NCBI GenBank assembly: GCA_964291415.2
Contig: OZ219919.1
Coordinates: 64,001 to 128,000 of the forward strand
From: Alphaproteobacteria bacterium
Lineage (GTDB): Bacteria > Pseudomonadota > Alphaproteobacteria > SP197
Direction: 5' to 3'
Length of the DNA stretch: 64,000 bases
The notes under the pieces were generated by a model that made no database searches, had not been told where the DNA came from, and saw only the letters and a program-made list of their open reading frames with translations. Positions 40,009 to 50,011 of this stretch are shown piece after piece. A program made the translations under genes and the position numbers. The first letter of the stretch is position 1. The number at the start of each line of letters is the position of its first letter.

Positions 40009-41145
40009 ATGACGGACGGACTGACGACGGTGCGCGCGGCGCTCCGGCGCGCGCTGGCGAGCAGCCATCAGGAGGCCCGGGCCATGCCGGCGGCGTTCTA
40101 CACCGACCCGGACCTCGCGACCCTCGAGGTGGAGCATCTGTTCAAGAAGGAATGGCACTGCGTCGGCCGCGTTGAGGAGGTCGCCGAGCCGGGCCAGGTC
40201 ATGCCCTACCGCCTGGCGAACGAGCCGCTGGTCATCGTGCACGGCCGCGACGGGGCCATCCGGGCGCTGTCGAACGTCTGCCGCCACCGCGGCACCCTGA
40301 TCGTCCGCGAGAAGGGCCGGGGCAGGCGGCTGGTGTGCCCCTACCACCAATGGTCCTACGAGCTCGACGGCCGGCTCGCCGCCGCGCCGAGGATCCCGGA
40401 ACGCGACGACTTCCGCATCTCCGACTGCCGCCTTCCGGAGTTCCCCTGCGAGGTCTGGATGGGCTTCGTCTACGTCAACCTTGATGCCGCAGCCGGGCCG
40501 CTTGCTCCGCGGCTTGCCGATCTCGAGGCATTGGTCGCTCCCTACCACATGGAGGAGATGTGGCTGGGCTGGCTCGGCGAGGAAGTCTGGGAGACCAACT
40601 GGAAGGCCATGGTGGAGAACTACATGGAGAGCTACCACCTCACGCCGCTCCACAAGAACACGCTCCACAACCTCAATCCCACCAGTCTCGCCAGGCACAT
40701 CCCCGCAGGCGAGCACTGGTTCGGCTACGAGGTCGGCTTTCCCGAGGACCTGCCGCGTGTGACGGCGGGTCATCCCGACCTGACGAAGAAACAGTCTGAC
40801 ACCTGCATCATGGCGATGGTGCAACCGGGCAGCGGTATCGGGCTTGCCGCGGACTACAGTTCGTTCCTGTGCCTGCAGCCCGAGGGCACGGACCGGGTGC
40901 GCTACAAGGCGGGCGTCCTCTTCTGGGGAGACGCATGGCCGCAGAGCTCGGTCGACCGTGCGGTCGAGCTGTTCCACAAGACCATGGCCGAGGACCGCTC
41001 CGTGCTGGAACCGATGATGCAGGGCTACCGCAGCGCCCACCACGAGAGCGGTCCCCTTGCGCCGCCCTCGCTGGAGGGCCCGATTCTCGATCTGGCCCGG
41101 TATGTCGGTCGACGCCTGCTGCCAGCGATGAACGGGGCCGCCTGA
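40009..41145 (+). CDS. Rieske non-heme iron oxygenase alpha subunit (choline/betaine/stachydrine-type)
   Basis: NVCRHRG...CPYHQWSY, NWKAMVENYMESYHLTPLH, MAED. Confidence 0.93.
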   Translation: MTDGLTTVRAALRRALASSHQEARAMPAAFYTDPDLATLEVEHLFKKEWHCVGRVEEVAEPGQVMPYRLANEPLVIVHGRDGAIRALSNVCRHRGTLIVREKGRGRRLVCPYHQWSYELDGRLAAAPRIPERDDFRISDCRLPEFPCEVWMGFVYVNLDAAAGPLAPRLADLEALVAPYHMEEMWLGWLGEEVWETNWKAMVENYMESYHLTPLHKNTLHNLNPTSLARHIPAGEHWFGYEVGFPEDLPRVTAGHPDLTKKQSDTCIMAMVQPGSGIGLAADYSSFLCLQPEGTDRVRYKAGVLFWGDAWPQSSVDRAVELFHKTMAEDRSVLEPMMQGYRSAHHESGPLAPPSLEGPILDLARYVGRRLLPAMNGAA

Positions 41146-41159
41146 TCGCCGGAGACGGG

Positions 41160-41282
41160 CCGCGTCCGATCAAGGGCGACATCACGACGCTGGCGGTCGT
41201 GATCCGGAATCTCATCCACGCCATCCTCGTGAATGTCCCGCTCACGCATTCCGAAACTGTGCAGGAAGGCTGCCCTGGTCAT
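41160..41282 (-). pseudogene. Decayed 5' part of the same HNH paralog (internally deleted)
   Basis: MTRAAFLHSFGMRERDIHED|GVDEIPDHDRQRRDVALDRTR versus intact MTKAVLLLSSSTHYKDIPEE...DDSASDRPQRDLIKGDRLR. Confidence 0.75.
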
Positions 41283-41442
41283 GGCGTCACCGAGCGGACT
41301 TGATGAGGCGATCGGCCGTGCGGCGGATCGCAGGGACATGTTCATCCAGTGCCGGGAGGGTCGACAGACAAGATGGCATGTCGGGGCGGCACGGTCAGGT
41401 CATGGCTCATGGCATTTTCTCCCCGATCGGCGTGCAACAACA
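41283..41442. repeat. Duplication junction: 3' end of the M48 gene joined to the 5' end of the ureohydrolase gene
   Basis: 41283-41376 matches 42331-42424; 41375 onward matches 39686 onward; GG shared at the join. Confidence 0.88.
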
Positions 41443-42330
41443 TCATCCCGCCGGATCTTGCTGTTTCCGAAGCGGCTGGAATGTGCCGTACTCATCCTCG
41501 AACATAGCCCGATGGTAGTGCAGGTACGTCGGCGCAGGCCACTCCGACCGGCGCACCGGCAGCCTGATCACGCCGTCCTGCCGAAGCAACGGTCTTATTC
41601 GATCCGGCAACCGACCTGGTGATTCGAGAATGCGGTAGTCGTCACTCACGGCGACGATGCCGCGATCGAATAGCCAGTGAACGGTCTTTGACAATGCCAG
41701 TCCATTGCGCACCGAATCAGGTCCACGATGGTTGTCGCCAACCGGACGGATGTGGGCGGCATCGACTTCTGCTCTGCCCCCGCCGTTGACGATTCTGAGA
41801 TCCGTGAAGGCGCAGGTTGAGTCGTAGGCTCGTCTGACCGCTGCGCGAAAAGCAGGATCCCGCCTCAGGCGATCCCCCTTGATCAGATCACGCTGTGGCC
41901 GATCAGAGGCGCTATCGTCCATGGCAGGGCAACCTGCCCCGACAATTGCAAGGAAGTCGTCATCGGAGATCTCCCGCACGGCACGTTGGCGCAATCCCCG
42001 GTTGGTCGAACCATCGTCTTGATGAAGACGGCTTTCATGGTGCCGGCCATCACTGCGTCTCAGCCCAACGGGCTCGGCAAGATCGAAGTATTCGCCCATG
42101 ATGGCATAAGCTCTGGTGACATCGACCGGATCCTGTTCGATACGCAAAACGCGTGCCACCGCGAGATAGGCCCGGCGTCCGCCAGCACGCGAAGTCTCGT
42201 GATAGACGATCCAGTCACCGACACATCGCTGCATTGTCCGGCCGTAAGCGCGCACCGGATAGTGATAGCGTTCCTCGGGGATATCCTTGTAATGCGTCGA
42301 GGAACTGAGGAGGAGGACTGCCTTGGTCAT
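41443..42330 (-). CDS. HNH endonuclease, putative restriction enzyme with an N-terminal EVE/PUA-like domain
   Basis: RDPAFRAAVRRAYDSTCAFT, VDAAHIRP, DSVRNGLALSKTVHWLFDRG, YLHYHR; N-terminal YHYP, VGDWIVYHE. Confidence 0.9.
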   Translation of the reverse strand: MTKAVLLLSSSTHYKDIPEERYHYPVRAYGRTMQRCVGDWIVYHETSRAGGRRAYLAVARVLRIEQDPVDVTRAYAIMGEYFDLAEPVGLRRSDGRHHESRLHQDDGSTNRGLRQRAVREISDDDFLAIVGAGCPAMDDSASDRPQRDLIKGDRLRRDPAFRAAVRRAYDSTCAFTDLRIVNGGGRAEVDAAHIRPVGDNHRGPDSVRNGLALSKTVHWLFDRGIVAVSDDYRILESPGRLPDRIRPLLRQDGVIRLPVRRSEWPAPTYLHYHRAMFEDEYGTFQPLRKQQDPAG

Positions 42331-42334
42331 GGTC

Positions 42335-43393
42335 TCACTGAGCGGTCTTGATGAGGTGATCGGCCGTGCGGCGGATCGCAGGAACACGTTCGTCCAGTGC
42401 CGGGTGGGTCGACAGCCAGGATGGGACATCACCGTCGTGGGAGAGATGCATGAACAGGTGCACCAGCGCCTCGGGGTCATATCCTGCATCGAAGGCAAGG
42501 CCGATGCCTATGCGGTCCGCTTCCAGTTCCTGGTCCCGGGAACGGGCGAGTGACAGCAGCAGGGCGCCTTCCAGCAACATGTCCTCGACGATCGGGCCGA
42601 CATCTCCGGCGATGAGTGCCACCAGCAGGAAGGTTCCGATGCTGCGGTAGACCCTCTTCAGCCCGTGCTGTTCGCTGACATGGGCGATTTCGTGGCCCAG
42701 GACCCCGGCAATCACGTCGGGATCGGGGAAGGTCCGGACAAGCGCATCAGTGACGATGATCGTCCCTCCCGGCAGGGCAAAAGCGTTGGGACCCAGTCCG
42801 TCGATGTCGCGAAAGAGAAGAGTGTAGGGACCGAACGGCGGCTCCGGAGCGACGGAAACGATGTCATGGAATACGAGCCGGACCCTCGCCTCTTGCCCGG
42901 TGCCCAGAGCGGAGGGATCGGCCATCACCTGATCGATGAATGCGACGTGACCATCATCGATCCTCTCCGCCAGTTCGGCGGGAGTCAGGGCCACGGCCAG
43001 GGCAACAAGAAGGTCGAGGCCCCAGCGCCAGATCAGGACGCCACCGGCGATGATGGGCACCATCGCCAGCACGAGCCTGGAATGCCACGCTTCCCACCAA
43101 TGCAGGAGATTTCGCCGGTCCGCTCCGACAATCCTGTCGACGGCATCATGGTCGTCGCTGTGGAACTGCCAGCCCGAGGGAAAGGTGAGGCATGAAGGAA
43201 GACTGCCCAGCCGCACGTCGCGGCGCAGCGACGAAGCCCGGGCACGCGCCAGAATCCGTCCGTCGTCGGCCGCAACAAGGTTGACGAAACCTCCCTGCGG
43301 CGACATCACCATGCATGCCGAAAGTCGTTGCGACCTCCCGGGTACCCAGGCGTCGCCCCTGGCCGACAGCAGGTCAGACGCCGACACCGACAT
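42335..43393 (-). CDS. M48 family metallopeptidase
   Basis: PNAFALPGG, GVLGHEIAH, ELEAD, WLSTHP; paired with the YjgN gene. Confidence 0.92.
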   Translation of the reverse strand: MSVSASDLLSARGDAWVPGRSQRLSACMVMSPQGGFVNLVAADDGRILARARASSLRRDVRLGSLPSCLTFPSGWQFHSDDHDAVDRIVGADRRNLLHWWEAWHSRLVLAMVPIIAGGVLIWRWGLDLLVALAVALTPAELAERIDDGHVAFIDQVMADPSALGTGQEARVRLVFHDIVSVAPEPPFGPYTLLFRDIDGLGPNAFALPGGTIIVTDALVRTFPDPDVIAGVLGHEIAHVSEQHGLKRVYRSIGTFLLVALIAGDVGPIVEDMLLEGALLLSLARSRDQELEADRIGIGLAFDAGYDPEALVHLFMHLSHDGDVPSWLSTHPALDERVPAIRRTADHLIKTAQ

Positions 43394-44414
43394 CGATGCC
43401 GTCCAGGTCCATCCACGCATCGCCCACGGCCGTTTCCCGGCTGCGGGCCTCGTCGATGATGTCGTCCAGGGAACCGGCGGGAATGAGCCAGGTCCGGGAA
43501 CACAGGTAACGCGTCATGCGGATGCGGGCCCAGGGAAGCAGCATGCCAAGCGAGAAGGCCGTCGCGACGGCATTGCTGACCGTGATCCACACGTACCGCG
43601 CCGGAGAGATCGCGGAGCGGAAACGGTGGCCGTTCTCAAGGGTCATTCCGGCGTAGACGGCGTTGCGCAGGAACGCGGCATAGAAGACCGAAACGGGAAA
43701 CAGTGCAAAGAGAACAATGAGAAAGACATTGGCCATCGCGACTGCATGGGCCGAGGGGCCCTCCGCCTGAACATCGAAGACGACGACCCACGCTATGCCG
43801 ATGACAACGAGCAGGAGAACTGCGGCACAGCCTCCCGTCAGGAGAAGTGCCACCCAGAACGGCCGGATGCCGCTCGAGAACTCGAACCTCGAGGCGCCAA
43901 GCCTGTGACCGCCGATCGTGTAGCGCTTCATCGCCCGCGTGGCATAGGGCAAGAAGAGGCCCAGGCTCACCGTCGAGAGAAACGGGTAGACCACGAAGAC
44001 GAGAAGGCTCCGCCAGTAGGATCCCCGGAAGTCGAAGCGGACCGTGGACCAGCTCGTCATGGCAGCGTTGAACCTGAGGCCGCGGTTGATCAGCCAGGGC
44101 ATGACCAGGAGGAACAGCAGCCAGACAAGACCACTGACGATCGGCGAGACCAGCGAGGCTCCATAGATGCCAGCGAGGAAGGCAACCACGACAAGGCGCC
44201 CGAGAAGAATCTGAAGCCCTCTGGCATGGTAGCCGAACGGCCGCCCGTCAATGCTCGTGTTGCCGAGAATGTATGCCCTGTTCCGCACCTTGGCCCAGGC
44301 GGACCAGATACCCAGCGTGGCGATCGACAGCATCAGGTTGACGATCCAGATTCCGAAGTACTCGCGTGCCGTTCCCGTGAACGTCACGGCAACAGCCCCG
44401 TCCGGCAGCGTCAT
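43374..44414 (-). CDS. YjgN (DUF898) membrane protein
   Basis: FTGTAREYFGIWIVNLMLSIATLGIWSAWAKVR, SLGMLLPWARIR. Confidence 0.93.
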   Translation of the reverse strand: MTLPDGAVAVTFTGTAREYFGIWIVNLMLSIATLGIWSAWAKVRNRAYILGNTSIDGRPFGYHARGLQILLGRLVVVAFLAGIYGASLVSPIVSGLVWLLFLLVMPWLINRGLRFNAAMTSWSTVRFDFRGSYWRSLLVFVVYPFLSTVSLGLFLPYATRAMKRYTIGGHRLGASRFEFSSGIRPFWVALLLTGGCAAVLLLVVIGIAWVVVFDVQAEGPSAHAVAMANVFLIVLFALFPVSVFYAAFLRNAVYAGMTLENGHRFRSAISPARYVWITVSNAVATAFSLGMLLPWARIRMTRYLCSRTWLIPAGSLDDIIDEARSRETAVGDAWMDLDGIDVGVGV

Positions 44415-44500
44415 CGCGACGTTCCCGGTCCATCACCGGCAGCCATCCACCGCCAGAACCGCAGCGCGAGAGGATCGTGGACTGTCATTGGCCCGTCTCC

Positions 44501-45139
44501 TCAAGGGGCGGGAGTCTTGGGTTCAAAGGGACAGGTGCGGGCAATGACACACTGCCAGCACTTCGGGCGACGGGCCGTGCAGGTGTAGCGTCCGTGGAGA
44601 ATGAGCCAGTGATGGGCACCCTTCTTCCACTTCTCGGGCACGTCGCGTTCGAGGGCCCGTTCGACGGCTTCGGCGGTCTTGCCTCGCGCCAGCCCCGTGC
44701 GGTTGGCCACCCGGAAGACATGGGTATCGACGGCAATGGTCGGCGCGCCGAACGCCTCGTTCATGACGACGCTGGCGGTCTTGCGGCCGACTCCGGGAAG
44801 CTTCTGCAGCGCTTCCCGGCTTGCCGGGACCCTGGAATCGTGCCTGTCGATCAGCATTCGTGACAGTCTGACGACATTCTTCGCCTTGGAGTTGAAGAGT
44901 CCGATTGTCCTGATTTTCTCGCGGACGCCATCCTCGCCGAGAGCGACCATCTTCTCCGGCGTATCGGCGACTGCGAAGAGCGCCGGCGTCGCCTCGTTGA
45001 CACTCCTGTCCGTTGCCTGTGCCGAGAGCACGACCGACACCAGCAACGTGAAGTGATTGCTGTAGTCGAGTTCGGTCTTCGGCTCGGGGATCACCTGCGC
45101 CAGAGAGGTGAACAGCCGGTCAATGTCCACGGTTTTCAC
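44501..45139 (-). CDS. nth: Endonuclease III
   Basis: LSAQATD, LPGVGRKTA, IAVDTHVFRV, HGRYTCTARRPKCWQCVIARTC. Confidence 0.97.
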   Translation of the reverse strand: MKTVDIDRLFTSLAQVIPEPKTELDYSNHFTLLVSVVLSAQATDRSVNEATPALFAVADTPEKMVALGEDGVREKIRTIGLFNSKAKNVVRLSRMLIDRHDSRVPASREALQKLPGVGRKTASVVMNEAFGAPTIAVDTHVFRVANRTGLARGKTAEAVERALERDVPEKWKKGAHHWLILHGRYTCTARRPKCWQCVIARTCPFEPKTPAP

Positions 45140-45846
45140 GATTCGGCCCGATCGTCCTGTTCGAAGATCATCGCCACGGCGCGCACCGGACACCCGGTGC
45201 CGTCCTTCATGGCGAGCGGGAGACAGACAAAGAGGAAATCCTCGCCCTCCAGCGCCTCGAGATTGCACAGTTGCTGGACCATGCACACGCCCTGGGTGTT
45301 CCATACCGCGTGAGTCGGCCACCACCACTCGGACGGATCGTCCATGCCGATGAGGTCGGTGCAGAAGAGCCTGATGCCACGGTCCACCAGCCACTGGGCC
45401 GCGTCGACCGGGACATAGGGACGGTTCATGGCAAAGTCGTCCCTGCCCCAGTCCTTCGAGGTTCCCGTCCACACGACGCAGGCCGCATCCGGGCCGATCT
45501 TTCGGGTGGTCCTGCGTTCCGCTTCTTCGAGATCGGCGATGGTGATCGCCTCCCCGTTCTGCCGGTGGCGCAGATCAAGCAGATGGCCGGGCAGCACCAG
45601 GTGTTCCAGGGGAACCTGATCAACGCTCAGGCCGTCGGCGTCGCTGTGTCTCGGCACGTCCAGATGGGTGCCGCAGTGCTCGGGCATGAGGATCATGCGG
45701 CTCTCCATCGCCATCCTGCCGTCGGTGATCTGTGAAAGGTAGGCGTGATCATCGAGCGGGAAGAAGGTCACCTGGCCACCGATGTTCGGCATGTTGGAAT
45801 ACATCGGGTGACTGAGATCGACGATCCTGGAAACGGTTGGCAGCAT
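45136..45846 (-). CDS. Cyclase / kynurenine formamidase-like metal hydrolase
   Basis: VDLSHP, EHCGTHLDVPRH, GTGCPVRAVA. Confidence 0.88.
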   Translation of the reverse strand: MLPTVSRIVDLSHPMYSNMPNIGGQVTFFPLDDHAYLSQITDGRMAMESRMILMPEHCGTHLDVPRHSDADGLSVDQVPLEHLVLPGHLLDLRHRQNGEAITIADLEEAERRTTRKIGPDAACVVWTGTSKDWGRDDFAMNRPYVPVDAAQWLVDRGIRLFCTDLIGMDDPSEWWWPTHAVWNTQGVCMVQQLCNLEALEGEDFLFVCLPLAMKDGTGCPVRAVAMIFEQDDRAES

Positions 45847-45922
45847 GACATGTCTCCCTTCTTGCTGTTGACGGCTCCACCGCATGAACGCCTGCCGGAA
45901 TAGACAGTCACGGGCGCCCTGT

Positions 45923-46678
45923 CTATCCGGTGAACCCTCCTTCGCGAAGCCAGCCCAGAACACCTTCCGCGGAGGCCGCCACCGGACCCTCCGGAATGGC
46001 GGGACGGCGGATCATGATCACCGGGAGGTGGAGATCGCGGGCGGCCCTGATCTTGGCTTCGGTCGCTCCGCCACCGCTCGCCCGCGTGACCAGTGCACCG
46101 ATGCGCCGATCCGTCATCAACGCCTTCTCCCCTTCCACGTCAAACGGTCCCCGTTGCAGCAGGACCTCCATGCCCGCCTTCGGCAGGGGTTCCATCGGGG
46201 GAGCGATCATGCGGAAGATGAGCCGCATGCCATCGATGCAGCGGAAGGATCCCACGGCCCGGCTTCCCAGCGTGATCAGGGCCACCGGCGGAGCGAGTGT
46301 CTTCAGGGCGGCGACGGCGGCATCGAGATCATCGACCACGATCCAGCAATCACCGGGCATCCTGTTCCACATCGGACGTACCAGCTTGATTCGCGGCACC
46401 CCCGACCGGCAGGCCGCCGTGCAGGCGGTGGCTGCCATGATGCGGGCGAAGGGATGGGTCGCATCGACAAGAGCATTGATGCGTTCATCGTCGAGATAGC
46501 GGGCGAGGCCGTCGGCGCCCCCGAATCCTCCACGCCGCAGACGTCCGGGGAGGTCCGGAGTCTCGTCGAGAACACCCGCCAGCGACGTCACGATGTCGAC
46601 CCCGGGCGCCCGTTCGGCGATGCCCTTCGCCAGCGCCACGGCCTCCGCAGTTCCGCCGAGGATGAGAATGCGGGTCAC
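45923..46678 (-). CDS. cobK: Precorrin-6A / cobalt-precorrin-6A reductase
   Basis: ILILGGTAEA, TSLAG, GGFGGADGL, VDATHPFA, RGPF, SGG..TEAKI. Confidence 0.95.
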   Translation of the reverse strand: MTRILILGGTAEAVALAKGIAERAPGVDIVTSLAGVLDETPDLPGRLRRGGFGGADGLARYLDDERINALVDATHPFARIMAATACTAACRSGVPRIKLVRPMWNRMPGDCWIVVDDLDAAVAALKTLAPPVALITLGSRAVGSFRCIDGMRLIFRMIAPPMEPLPKAGMEVLLQRGPFDVEGEKALMTDRRIGALVTRASGGGATEAKIRAARDLHLPVIMIRRPAIPEGPVAASAEGVLGWLREGGFTG

Positions 46679-47751
46679 GGACCCGCCTGGCCGACGACGG
46701 TGCCCGAACGATCGATGACGATCACGTCCACGGAAACACCACCAGCCAGAGTGGCCAGCGCCGTTTGCCGGGCGCCGACGGCCACGTGATCGGCCAGGGG
46801 CAACCCGGCGTCGCGTGCCAGTCCAAGGGCTTCTCCAGCGCTAGTCGATGCGGCCACGTGCCGCGCCAGACCGGCGTCGGCACCCGCCTCCCTCGCCATG
46901 GTGGCAAGCAGGCCGAAATCCACCTGACTCCTCGCCGAATGAAGGTCGAGGGCACCCTGTGCCAGCTTCGTCATCTTGGCGAATCCCCCGGCAATCGACA
47001 CTCTGGGAACCGGATGGCGGCGCAGGTACTTCAACATGCCTCCGGCAAAGTCGCCCATGTCGATGAGGCTGGCCTCGGGCAGGGAATGAAAACTCCGGAC
47101 GGCTTTCTCGGAGGTTCTTCCCGTGGCCCCGGCGAGGTGTTCGAGGCCTTCGGCACGGGCGACGTCAATGCCTCTGTGGATGGCATGGATCCAGGCCGAG
47201 CAGGAATAGGGAATGACGATTCCTGTGGTCCCGAGAATCGACAACCCTCCCTTGATGCCGAGTCGCGGATTCCACGTCTTGTGGGCCAGGGCCTCGCCGT
47301 CGACGACGCCGATGGTGAGAATGACGTCGGCGGTTCCGCCATGGCGCCAGGCAAGCTTGCGGATGGCCTCGGTCATGATCTCACGAGGCCGCGGATTGAT
47401 CGCAGGTTCGCCAGGCGCGACGGGCAATCCCGCCTTGGTCACGGTGCCGACACCCTCTCCGGCACGAAAGACCACGCCGCTTCCCTCTTCACCGGCCTTC
47501 ACGGTGACGACGATTTCCGCACCGTGGGTGACATCGGGATCATCGCCGGCGTCCTTGATCACCGATGCCCGGGCCTCACCATGACCAAGGCGGTGCGACG
47601 CCAGCGGAAACCCTGCCTCCCTGCCGCCTGGCAGGGTGATCCGAACCGGATCCGGGAACGTGCCGGTGGTCAGCGCCTCGTAGGCCGCCGCGGCCGCCGC
47701 GGTGGCGCAGGCTCCGGTGGTCCACCCCTTGCGCAAGGCATCCTTCGCCAT
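46675..47751 (-). CDS. cbiD: Cobalt-precorrin-5B C1-methyltransferase
   Basis: LRKGWTTGACATAAA, KDAGDDPDVTHGA, TWNPRLGIKGGLSILGTTG, DLHSARS. Confidence 0.96.
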   Translation of the reverse strand: MAKDALRKGWTTGACATAAAAAAYEALTTGTFPDPVRITLPGGREAGFPLASHRLGHGEARASVIKDAGDDPDVTHGAEIVVTVKAGEEGSGVVFRAGEGVGTVTKAGLPVAPGEPAINPRPREIMTEAIRKLAWRHGGTADVILTIGVVDGEALAHKTWNPRLGIKGGLSILGTTGIVIPYSCSAWIHAIHRGIDVARAEGLEHLAGATGRTSEKAVRSFHSLPEASLIDMGDFAGGMLKYLRRHPVPRVSIAGGFAKMTKLAQGALDLHSARSQVDFGLLATMAREAGADAGLARHVAASTSAGEALGLARDAGLPLADHVAVGARQTALATLAGGVSVDVIVIDRSGTVVGQAGP

Positions 47752-47864
47752 GTCTCCCGCCGCACCGGACATCGGTTGTGGGGACATTGTGTCGCGTGGT
47801 GATGAATTCGCAAGAAAATGCGGTTATGGATCGTCTGTCGCACCAATGTTGCGAGGGGTGACTG

Positions 47865-48701
47865 ATGCCGCATTCCCCGCTGCCTCCCATGCCTGCCTTC
47901 AAGGCCGGATGGGTGTGGCTTGCCGGTGCCGGACCAGGCGACCCCTGCCTTCTCACCCTTCTGGCGCACCATGCCCTGGGCGAGGCCGACTGCATCGTCC
48001 ATGATGCCCTCGTCGACGACGGCGTTCTGCGGCTGGCCCGACCTGGAGCGCAACTCATCCATGCCGGAAAACGAGGCGGCAGACCGTCTCCCGGACAGCC
48101 CGACATCTCGCGCCGGCTCATCGAACTCGCCCGGTCCGGAAAGAAAGTCCTGCGGCTCAAGGGTGGTGATCCCTTCGTCTTCGGACGGGGTGGCGAGGAG
48201 GCTCTCGCCCTTGTTGCCGCCGGCATCCCGTTCCGTGTGGTCCCGGGGATCACTGCGGGTATCGGCGGCTTGTCCATGGCCGGCATTCCGGCAACGGATC
48301 GCCACACCAATCATGCCATCACCTTCATCACCGGACGCCTGGCAGGCGGAGACATTCCCGACGGCCTCGACTGGACAGCCCTCGCCGCTCCCGGTCACGC
48401 GCTCGTCATCTACATGGCCCTGGCGCGACTCGCGTCCATCGCCGACCGTCTGATCGGCGCGGGTCTCTCCGGCGACACGCCGGTGGCCATCATCAGCCGC
48501 GCCACCACCCGCCACCAGAAAGTGATCGAGACGACCCTCGTCAATGCTGCCGCGGATTCGCGGGACCTCGACGCTCCGGCAATCGTCGCCATCGGTGCGT
48601 TCGTCCGGTTGCGCGCCGGCCTCGACTGGATGGGCGCCATGGAGGGACGAATCCTGGAGGCAGACCCGCTTGGCACGGACGCCTCCAGGGAGGCCGTCTG
48701 A
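47865..48701 (+). CDS. cobA: Uroporphyrinogen-III C-methyltransferase
   Basis: GAGPGDP.LLT, GKRGG, RLKGGDPFVFGRGGEE, VPGITA. Confidence 0.95.
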   Translation: MPHSPLPPMPAFKAGWVWLAGAGPGDPCLLTLLAHHALGEADCIVHDALVDDGVLRLARPGAQLIHAGKRGGRPSPGQPDISRRLIELARSGKKVLRLKGGDPFVFGRGGEEALALVAAGIPFRVVPGITAGIGGLSMAGIPATDRHTNHAITFITGRLAGGDIPDGLDWTALAAPGHALVIYMALARLASIADRLIGAGLSGDTPVAIISRATTRHQKVIETTLVNAAADSRDLDAPAIVAIGAFVRLRAGLDWMGAMEGRILEADPLGTDASREAV

Positions 48702-50011
48702 TGGCGACGCGCGGTCTCGTCATCTCGGCGACCGGAAGCGGCGCCGGCAAGACGATCATCACGTCAGCCCTCATCCGCGCGCTTGCCAGGCGGGGATACG
48801 CGGTATCGTCCTTCAAGGTCGGACCGGACTACATCGACGGAGGCTATCATGCCGCCGCATCCGGTCGCGCCTGCCACAACATCGACCTGTGGGCCATGAG
48901 ACCGGCCACGGCACGAGCCGCGTTCCGGCGCTGTGCGGACGGAGCGGATCTTGTCATCGGTGAAGGCGCGATGGGCCTCTTTGACGCCAGTCTCTCGGGC
49001 GAGGGGTCGACAGCCGACGTCGCGCGATTTCTTGACCTGCCGGTCGTTCTCGTCATCGACGTCAGCGGACAGGCACAATCGGTGGCGGCCACCGTCGCCG
49101 GATTCCGCGATCACCGCCCCGATATCGACATCGCCGGGGTGATCCTGAACCGGACGGCCGGCGACACCCATCGGGCGATGCTTGCACGTGCTCTCGAGGG
49201 TGTTGCGACCGTCTTCGGTCACGTCGACAGGGACGAACGCCTCGTCGTGGCGCATCGGCATCTCGGCCTCGTCCAGGCCCATGACGGTGATCCCGGCATC
49301 ATCGATCACGCCGCCGCGCGCATTGCGTCCGGGGTGGACGTGGACAGCATGATCGCACTGGCGCGACCCATCGCGGAGACGGATGGCGCGGATCCGGTTC
49401 CCCTGGCGCCTCCGGGCCAGAGAATTGCCGTTGCCTGCGATAGCGCCTTCTCCTTCCTCTATGCATCGCTGACACGGGCGTGGCGGGATGCCGGTGCCGA
49501 GATCCTGTCGTTTTCCCCACTGGAGAACGAGCCTCCCGACGCGATGGCCGACGCCGTCTACCTGCCGGGCGGCTATCCTGAACTCCACGCCGGCAGGCTG
49601 GCCGCCGGCCAGACCTTTCTGGCTGGCCTGAGGCGGGCCGCGGACCGCGGTTGCGTGATCTACGGCGAGTGTGGCGGCTACATGGTGCTGGGCCAGCAGC
49701 TCACGGATATGGAAGGCCATACCCATGCCATGGCCGGTCTGCTGCCGGTCACGGTCTCCATGCATGCGCCCCGCCGGCACCTGGGGTACCGACGCATGGT
49801 CCTGGCGTCCAACGGTCCGTTGGGCAAGGCCGGACGCATCTGGCGCGGCCATGAATTCCACTACGCCTGCGAGACCTCCTCGTCAGCGCCTCCTCTCTTT
49901 TTCGCCAGCGACGCGAACGGGCGCGATCTCGGCGCAAGCGGCGCCGTCAACGGCAGCGTCGCCGCATCGTTCATGCACATCATCGACAGCGAGGAAGGGC
50001 CAGCGTCGTGA
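48701..50011 (+). CDS. cobB: Cobyrinate/hydrogenobyrinate a,c-diamide synthase
   Basis: SGAGKT, FKVGPDYID, EGAMGLFD, RHLGL, GGYPEL, YGECGGYM, GHEFHY. Confidence 0.96.
   Translation: MATRGLVISATGSGAGKTIITSALIRALARRGYAVSSFKVGPDYIDGGYHAAASGRACHNIDLWAMRPATARAAFRRCADGADLVIGEGAMGLFDASLSGEGSTADVARFLDLPVVLVIDVSGQAQSVAATVAGFRDHRPDIDIAGVILNRTAGDTHRAMLARALEGVATVFGHVDRDERLVVAHRHLGLVQAHDGDPGIIDHAAARIASGVDVDSMIALARPIAETDGADPVPLAPPGQRIAVACDSAFSFLYASLTRAWRDAGAEILSFSPLENEPPDAMADAVYLPGGYPELHAGRLAAGQTFLAGLRRAADRGCVIYGECGGYMVLGQQLTDMEGHTHAMAGLLPVTVSMHAPRRHLGYRRMVLASNGPLGKAGRIWRGHEFHYACETSSSAPPLFFASDANGRDLGASGAVNGSVAASFMHIIDSEEGPAS

Noticed and set aside
47752-47864. Cobalamin riboswitch between cbiD and cobA
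   Set aside because: The spacer is short and no B12-box motifs were seen.
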